Assembly (NCBI GenBank): GCA_043822065.1
Contig: JBDRCC010000020.1
Span: forward strand, 54,140 to 118,139
Reading direction: 5' to 3'
Length of the DNA stretch: 64,000 nucleotides
Origin: an archaeon
GTDB taxonomy: Archaea > Undinarchaeota > CAZHTU01 > JBDRCC01
In this document: piece after piece, positions 58,627-64,000 of the stretch
Layout: every line of letters starts with the position of its first letter
Position numbering within the stretch: the first letter of the stretch is position 1
Program-made: the position numbers and the translations under genes
The notes under the pieces: model-generated
Told to the model about the DNA's origin: nothing
The model's input: the letters and a program-made list of their open reading frames with translations, nothing else
The model's database searches: none

Positions 58627-59385
58627 ATGATTCCAGGAAAAATAGAGAACTACCTCAATAAAAGAAAAGCAGAAGAAGGGTGCCTCTTCTTTGGCGTAAT
58701 CGACCCAGTCGACCACCTCAGCATAGAGTCTGCGGTAAAGGCCGCGGTGCAGACCTACAAGGACGGTGCGGACGCGATTGTCGTAGGTGGCTCAATCGGG
58801 GCGCAGGGATTCATACTCAACCGGACAATCAAGGGAATCAAGGAGCAGACTGACGCACCGGTCATCCTCTTCCCGGGAAACATCGCGACAATAAGCCCGT
58901 ATGCCGACGCGATATACTTCATGTCAATGTACAACTCAAGGAACCCGTACTGGATATTCGGCGCCCAGCTGATGGCTGCGCCGGTCATAGAGAGCATGAA
59001 GCTCGAATCCATCCCAACTGCTTACCTCATGGTCGAGCCGGGCGGGACTGCCGGCTGGGTTGCTGACTGCAAGCTCATACCAAGGGACAAGCCGAACTTC
59101 GCGGCTTATTCCGCACTGGCGGCTGACTTGATGGGTTCAAGGTTCGTGATAACTGATGTCGGCTCTGCGGCGCCAGCCCCTGTGCCAGCCAAGATTGTTG
59201 AAGCGGTCCGCAAGTCAATATCCGGCTTCTACATCGTCGCTGGCGGCATAAGGTCGCCGAAGCAGGTCAAGGACATAGTGTGCGCCGGCGCTGATGCGAT
59301 ACACGTCGGCACTGCGATTGAGAAGAAGGGCAGCGTCTCAAACCTCATCAGGGCCTGCAAGTCAGAGGCAAAAAAGCGCCTATAA
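58627..59385 (+). CDS. Geranylgeranylglyceryl phosphate synthase (PcrB/GGGPS family)
   Basis: GGGPS signatures (FGVIDP, IVVGGS, VITDVGSAA, VAGGIRS). Confidence 0.8.
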   Translation: MIPGKIENYLNKRKAEEGCLFFGVIDPVDHLSIESAVKAAVQTYKDGADAIVVGGSIGAQGFILNRTIKGIKEQTDAPVILFPGNIATISPYADAIYFMSMYNSRNPYWIFGAQLMAAPVIESMKLESIPTAYLMVEPGGTAGWVADCKLIPRDKPNFAAYSALAADLMGSRFVITDVGSAAPAPVPAKIVEAVRKSISGFYIVAGGIRSPKQVKDIVCAGADAIHVGTAIEKKGSVSNLIRACKSEAKKRL

Positions 59386-60099
59386 CAGCGCAACTGCGAC
59401 AGCTATCGGAATTGTGAAATTGTCGTCTATGGGCAGGTTCAGCCAGTCCATAAGCATTCCTATCACCGCAGCTATCAGCGCCATGTTCGGCGCGATAACT
59501 GTCTTGCATATCATGAACGCGGCTATCAGCCCTGCAAAGCTGCCTTCCGCTGTCCTGTTCTCCGCAATTTTCATCGTCCCGAACGCCATCCCGAACGCGG
59601 TCGAAAACGAATCGCCGAATGCGAGCACGAGCACGGCAGCCATTACGGCACTCTCATGCGGCGCAAGCCCGAGGAGCGGCGGCAGGACTCCGAAGAGGAA
59701 AATAGTCAAAAAGACCCCAATCGAGTAGAAAATTGCGCCCTTGAACGGTCTGACATCAGCCCTCTCAAAATGGCGGAGTGAATGCGACGCAAAAGGCACC
59801 TTAACCCCTCTGCCCACTAGCTGGGATACGGTAGCAAATACAAGCATCACAGCAGATGCGATTGCCAATGCTTCGAGCATGCCCCAGAGCATTATAGAGT
59901 AAACTATGAGTATCCCATACGACAGGTGGACTATCTGCCTGCCTTTCTCCCTGTACTTTGTGTGCGGGAGCATCTTTACCACAAAAAGAACAGCTATTGA
60001 CGCGATGCAGGTCAGGAAGAAGTCGTCAATTCCGTGGAGGCTGCCTAGCAGCAATGTCATAATTGTAGCGCCAGTGGCGGTTATAACAACTTTTCTCAT
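59380..60099 (-). CDS. CTP-transferase-like membrane protein (CDP-archaeol synthase CarS/dolichol-kinase family candidate)
   Basis: Membrane protein with AFGDSFSTAFGMAFGTMKI...RTAEGSFAG, resembling the CarS/DolK/CdsA catalytic motif; adjacent to GGGPS/DGGGPS. Confidence 0.45.
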   Translation of the reverse strand: MRKVVITATGATIMTLLLGSLHGIDDFFLTCIASIAVLFVVKMLPHTKYREKGRQIVHLSYGILIVYSIMLWGMLEALAIASAVMLVFATVSQLVGRGVKVPFASHSLRHFERADVRPFKGAIFYSIGVFLTIFLFGVLPPLLGLAPHESAVMAAVLVLAFGDSFSTAFGMAFGTMKIAENRTAEGSFAGLIAAFMICKTVIAPNMALIAAVIGMLMDWLNLPIDDNFTIPIAVAVALL

Positions 60100-61370
60100 T
60101 TTTTTCTCCCCTTCATGTAGAAGTATATCGGCATCCCGCTGATGACTAGCCCGCCCCCTATCGATAGGTACACCCAGCTGGTTTGGCTAAGGAGGAATAG
60201 GGATAGCCCGACAGCGATTGCAACGACGACATGCACAAGCGGGACTTTATATGGTATGTTCTTCAGCCGCTTCCTTTCGACCAGGACGGAAAGAAATACT
60301 GGTATGTACATAAACATTGCGACAACAACCAAAATACCGATTATCTCCTCAAATCCGCCCAGCAGGATTGCAAGCGATGCAAATGCCATCTGGAACAAAA
60401 GGGACTTGTACGGCGTGCCAAGCTTCCCGTGGACTGCGCACAGGAAGTTGGGGAAGAGGCCGTCCCTTGCAAGTGCAAATGGAAGCCTGGCAGTCCCGGC
60501 AACCCATGAGTTCAGGCACCCCAGGAGAACCGCAACCGCGCCGCCCGCGATTACCAAAGCGCCCTTTTTCCCAAGGAACACCTCTGATGCAACCGCAAGC
60601 GGGTACTTTGACGCCGCTATGGACGACTGGTCTATCAGCCCAAGGGTGACGAATATCACTGCGCAGTAAATCAGGGTTACAAAGACGCTGGAGTAAACCA
60701 CCGCCCTAGGAACGTCCCTCGTCGGGTTTTTGGCGTCCTCTGCAAAATATGTTATTGTCTCCCACCCCATAAACGGCTCTACCACCCATACTGCCGCCGC
60801 AAGCAGAATTGGCAAAGTAACTACTTGGGTGGGCCTGAAATTTGAGATGTCAATCCAGTATACTCCCCACGTCACGAACATCCACAGCACCAGGATGGAG
60901 ATTGTGGTAAGGATGTACTGTGCCTTCAGCCCCCACTTCATCCCGAAGATGTTTATCGCAGTTATCAGCACGAGGATTGCGATTGCGAGGGCAATTTCCA
61001 TCCCGTGCCCCATCGGAACGAAATACGATATGTAGAAGCTTGTCGCAATCGCGAGCGAAGCTATCGTAACCCAGCTGACCAGCCAGGCAGACCATCCGGA
61101 GACAAACCCTGCGAACTCCCCGAAAGCCTCCTTTACGAATATGTAAGGTCCGCCCGCGTTTGGGTGGATGCTTGAGAGCTCGGCAAAGCAGAGCGCCATG
61201 AATATCGTCAGGACTCCGAGCTCAAGCCATACGAAAAATGATGCGACCCCTGCGATGTTCGTAACTATCGCCGGGATTACGAATATGCCGGTCCCGACTA
61301 TCGCGCCTATCCCAAAAAAGACAAGCTCCACAAGCCCTAGGTTTTTTGATAGACGCCCGGCTTTTTCCAT
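60096..61370 (-). CDS. APC-family amino acid permease
   Basis: 12 TM helices; N-terminal APC signature GIGAIVGTGIFV. Confidence 0.7.
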   Translation of the reverse strand: MEKAGRLSKNLGLVELVFFGIGAIVGTGIFVIPAIVTNIAGVASFFVWLELGVLTIFMALCFAELSSIHPNAGGPYIFVKEAFGEFAGFVSGWSAWLVSWVTIASLAIATSFYISYFVPMGHGMEIALAIAILVLITAINIFGMKWGLKAQYILTTISILVLWMFVTWGVYWIDISNFRPTQVVTLPILLAAAVWVVEPFMGWETITYFAEDAKNPTRDVPRAVVYSSVFVTLIYCAVIFVTLGLIDQSSIAASKYPLAVASEVFLGKKGALVIAGGAVAVLLGCLNSWVAGTARLPFALARDGLFPNFLCAVHGKLGTPYKSLLFQMAFASLAILLGGFEEIIGILVVVAMFMYIPVFLSVLVERKRLKNIPYKVPLVHVVVAIAVGLSLFLLSQTSWVYLSIGGGLVISGMPIYFYMKGRKK

Positions 61371-61390
61371 CGCTCTCTTTAAATATTACC

Positions 61391-61403
61391 ATATTATATA
61401 AAT
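61391..61403 (+). promoter_or_regulatory. Putative TATA box ATATTATATAAAT upstream of guaA
   Basis: Strong TATA-like element ending about 9 nt before the ATG. Confidence 0.35.
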
Positions 61404-61411
61404 CCTTACAA

Positions 61412-62956
61412 ATGGACACGATTCTTGTTGTTGATTTTGGCTCTCAGGTAGCCCATTTGATATCGCGGAGGGTGCGCGAATTGGGCGTCTATTCCGAGAT
61501 AATCCCCTACGACACCAGCATCATTTCGCTAAATAAGAAGATAAAAAAGCTCAGCGTCCGAGGCATAATACTTTCAGGCGGGCCTGACTCAGTCAGGGGT
61601 GGGCCAAAGGTCCCGAAGCAGATGTTCTTCCTTGGAGTCCCGGTGCTCGGAATATGCTACGGCCACCAGCTAATCGCCCACATGCTCGGCGGAAAGGTAG
61701 TGCCATCCAAGCAGAGGGAGTACGGCTTTTCAGTCCTAAGGCACAAGCCAGGCTCCACGCTGCTCAAGGGCCTCAAGCCAGAGGAGCGGATATGGATGAG
61801 CCACGGGGACACCGTCTCCGAACTGCCGCCTGGATTTAAGGGGATAGCGTCGACGCCCAAAATAAAAATAGCAGCATTCGAGGGCCCGAACGGAATCTAC
61901 GGCGTCCAGTTCCACCCAGAGGTCAGGCACACAGTCTCGGGCATGAAAATCCTGCGGAACTTCCTTACAATCTGCAAGGCAAAACGCGACTGGGCAATGG
62001 GCGATTTCATAAAAACCCAGGTCGCTGGGCTGAGGCGGCAGATAGGCTCCGGGCGCGTAATCCTCGGGTTAAGCGGCGGCGTCGATTCCTCCGTTGCGGC
62101 AGTCCTTCTGGACAAGGCAGTCCACGAAAACCTCCACTGCGTTTTTGTCGACAACGGGCTGGTCCGCCTTGGGGAGCCGGAATATGTCGCATCCACTTTC
62201 AAGAAGCACTTGGGGTTCACACACTTCCATTCCATCGATGCAAGCAAGGAGTTCCTTTCCAAGCTTGCCGGGGTCACAGACCCTGAAAAAAAGAGAAAGA
62301 TAATAGGGGAGACATTCATCCGCGTCTTCGAGCGGAAGGCGCGCGAGCTTGAGAAGAAGCACGGAACGTTTGACTTCCTTGCCCAGGGCACGATATACCC
62401 TGACCGCATAGAGTCCGCAAAGGCAAGCAGGGCTTCCACCAGGATTAAGAGCCACCACAATGTCGTCCTCCCCAAAAAGATGAGGCTCAAAGTCGTCGAG
62501 CCGCTCAAGGACTTGTACAAGGACGAAGTCCGCGTCGTGGGCAAAAAGCTCGGCCTCCAGAAGGGGATACTCTGGCGCTGGCCGTTCCCTGGCCCAGGGC
62601 TTGGGGTCAGGTGCCTTGGAGAGGTTACAAAAGAAAAGCTCGAGATACTCAAGAAGGCAGACAAAATCGTCGACTACGAGCTGAAGAAGGCAGGCCTTGA
62701 GGGCCGCATCTGGCAGGCGTTCCCAGTAATCCTCCCTGTAAAATCGGTCGGCGTCATGGGGGACTCGCGCACATACTCCTTCATCGTCGCCATACGCTCG
62801 GTCGAGAGCGTCGACGCGATGACCGCGAACTTTTCAAAGCTCGACTGGGCGCTTCTCGAGCACATAGCCTCAAGGATAGTCAACGAGGTCAAAGGGGTAA
62901 ACCGAGTACTATACGACATAACCAACAAGCCGCCGGCGACCGTCGAGTTCGAATAG
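61412..62956 (+). CDS. guaA: GMP synthase (glutamine-hydrolysing), fused GATase plus ATP-PPase
   Basis: GATase triad region (GICYGHQL), PP-loop SGGVDSS, C-terminal GMP synthase dimerisation domain; start at MDTILVVDFGSQ. Confidence 0.85.
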   Translation: MDTILVVDFGSQVAHLISRRVRELGVYSEIIPYDTSIISLNKKIKKLSVRGIILSGGPDSVRGGPKVPKQMFFLGVPVLGICYGHQLIAHMLGGKVVPSKQREYGFSVLRHKPGSTLLKGLKPEERIWMSHGDTVSELPPGFKGIASTPKIKIAAFEGPNGIYGVQFHPEVRHTVSGMKILRNFLTICKAKRDWAMGDFIKTQVAGLRRQIGSGRVILGLSGGVDSSVAAVLLDKAVHENLHCVFVDNGLVRLGEPEYVASTFKKHLGFTHFHSIDASKEFLSKLAGVTDPEKKRKIIGETFIRVFERKARELEKKHGTFDFLAQGTIYPDRIESAKASRASTRIKSHHNVVLPKKMRLKVVEPLKDLYKDEVRVVGKKLGLQKGILWRWPFPGPGLGVRCLGEVTKEKLEILKKADKIVDYELKKAGLEGRIWQAFPVILPVKSVGVMGDSRTYSFIVAIRSVESVDAMTANFSKLDWALLEHIASRIVNEVKGVNRVLYDITNKPPATVEFE

Positions 62957-63907
62957 TCAGATAAAAAGATACAGCATATTCCCGAATATCAGCGTCGCGA
63001 ATATCGCTATAAGGAAGACTGGCACAAACGGCAAGCCCCACTTCACTATAAAACCATCCTGCAACTTCCCGCTTTCCACGAGCTTGTTTATCTCCGCAAC
63101 CTGGTCCTTCGTCAGCCCGTTCGGGTCTGAGGAGTCATAGACTACCTTTGCCGCACGCTTCCTCCGAGCCTTTGTGCTTTCCTTTTCAGGCACCTTAAGC
63201 AGCTTCTTTCCCTCCTGCAGTATGTCGACCGTGAGGAGGTCGAACTCCACGAGCTGCTTTGCCCTCGCCGGAAGCCTGAAGCAGACATCCTCAACGACCT
63301 TGACGAACTTCACCAGCACCCAAAACATCGGAACGAGCGCAGCCAGTGCCAGCAGGGGGTACATCAGCATAAGCGCAGCCGCGCCCCACACCCCAAGGCT
63401 GTAGTTTATGTACAGCCCGGCTGCAAGCAGCATCCCAGCCACGAGGGCGAGCAGCCCAGCAATCTCCTTTGCGCCAGCCGAGACCGAAAGCCTGAACCTG
63501 CTCTTGACATCCTTGTTCCCAAGCGAAATCCCGACCGAGTAGGCTATCGAGTAAAAAAACGCCACTATGAAGACGTTGATGAAATAGTCGAGCAAAAAGT
63601 ACTGCCCTCCCCAGGTAAGCCCGCCGAACATTATGCCAAGCGCGGCAAGTATCTTGACGTCCGCCCCGCCCCACTGCCCCATCATGAACATTATGTAGCC
63701 GAAAATAAAAAGCGCCACCCCCGCAACTGCGGCGTAGACTGCTATGTGCATGTCCCCGTAGTAAAATCCTGCAGCTAGCTGGTAGACAAATGCGGCTATT
63801 ATGAACCCGTCAGTGACCTTGTCGTCAACCTCCCGCGTCTTGATGTCGAGCCAGCTTGTGTAGGCAAGGTATATTGTCGCCGCAAGCACCGGCAAAAGAA
63901 AATTCAT
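62957..63907 (-). CDS. Archaeal A24-family prepilin/preflagellin peptidase (EppA/PibD/FlaK-like) with C-terminal extension
   Basis: Two catalytic Asp motifs WLDIKTREV and GGADVKILAALG within TM helices; 316 aa. Confidence 0.65.
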   Translation of the reverse strand: MNFLLPVLAATIYLAYTSWLDIKTREVDDKVTDGFIIAAFVYQLAAGFYYGDMHIAVYAAVAGVALFIFGYIMFMMGQWGGADVKILAALGIMFGGLTWGGQYFLLDYFINVFIVAFFYSIAYSVGISLGNKDVKSRFRLSVSAGAKEIAGLLALVAGMLLAAGLYINYSLGVWGAAALMLMYPLLALAALVPMFWVLVKFVKVVEDVCFRLPARAKQLVEFDLLTVDILQEGKKLLKVPEKESTKARRKRAAKVVYDSSDPNGLTKDQVAEINKLVESGKLQDGFIVKWGLPFVPVFLIAIFATLIFGNMLYLFI

Positions 63908-64000
63908 ACGACTTTCCCGCCCTGGTACCTTCCCGAGTATGCCTTCGTCCTGCCTTCAACAGTCTCAAAGACAATCTGGCATATCCTCGCGCCCCTCTCA
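63904..64000 (-). CDS. C-terminal fragment of an unidentified minus-strand gene (continues beyond the window)
   Basis: Open frame to the window edge ending ...CQIVFETVEGRTKAYSGRYQGGKVV*. Confidence 0.25.
   Translation of the reverse strand, partial: ERGARICQIVFETVEGRTKAYSGRYQGGKVV

Noticed and set aside
1-64000. CRISPR arrays, rRNA genes, transposases, IS elements
   Set aside because: No regularly spaced direct repeats, no rRNA-like segments and no transposase or integrase ORF were found. The only mobile-looking features are the LAGLIDADG gene and the 77-bp element.

Overview
This 64-kb window looks like an archaeal chromosome segment of roughly 55-58% GC. It is densely packed with genes, many of them overlapping or translationally coupled, and all three tRNAs carry introns. 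Most of it is housekeeping: pyrE-pyrD-pyrK-pyrC-pyrF, prs/rpiA, thermosome, TFE, aRF1, ValRS, HisRS, topoisomerase I, archaeal SAM synthetase and a fused GuaA. Six things stand out from the sequence.

1. One contiguous block (50.9-60.1 kb) encodes most of the archaeal-type mevalonate pathway plus the ether-lipid core enzymes: mevalonate kinase, a UbiD-like decarboxylase, an embedded HAD hydrolase, both AcnX-type dehydratase subunits, UbiX, isopentenyl phosphate kinase, type-2 IDI, DGGGP synthase, GGGP synthase and a CarS-like membrane protein.
2. A 7-kb type IV pilus-like locus (26.4-33.3 kb) has five pilin genes with a Gln+1 class III signal peptide, a FlaI/TadA-type ATPase and a TadC-like membrane protein split into two genes. 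A prepilin peptidase (EppA-like, matching the Gln+1 pilins) sits 30 kb away at the window end.
3. A short proline-rich peptide motif, PRFPVPSPD followed by a stop codon, recurs immediately upstream of the TATA boxes of two unrelated peptidase genes (M24 and M29). All four DNA differences are synonymous. This is the most unusual signal here, amid seven peptidase genes in total including four M29 paralogs.
4. A 77-bp element sits in the 3' end of trmB, flanked by a 30-bp direct repeat that synonymously duplicates the last eight codons plus stop of trmB (the integrative-element signature that restores a gene 3' end). The element is related to a sequence next to tRNA-Ile and to the core of the tRNA-Ala intron.
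5. A low-GC, free-standing double-motif LAGLIDADG endonuclease gene ends exactly at the 3' end of an intron-containing tRNA with apparent anticodon UAU.
6. A soluble MgtE-N/CBS regulator-like gene directly precedes an NRAMP transporter, and a weak C/D-box sRNA candidate lies near tRNA-Ile.

No CRISPR array, rRNA or clear transposase was seen.
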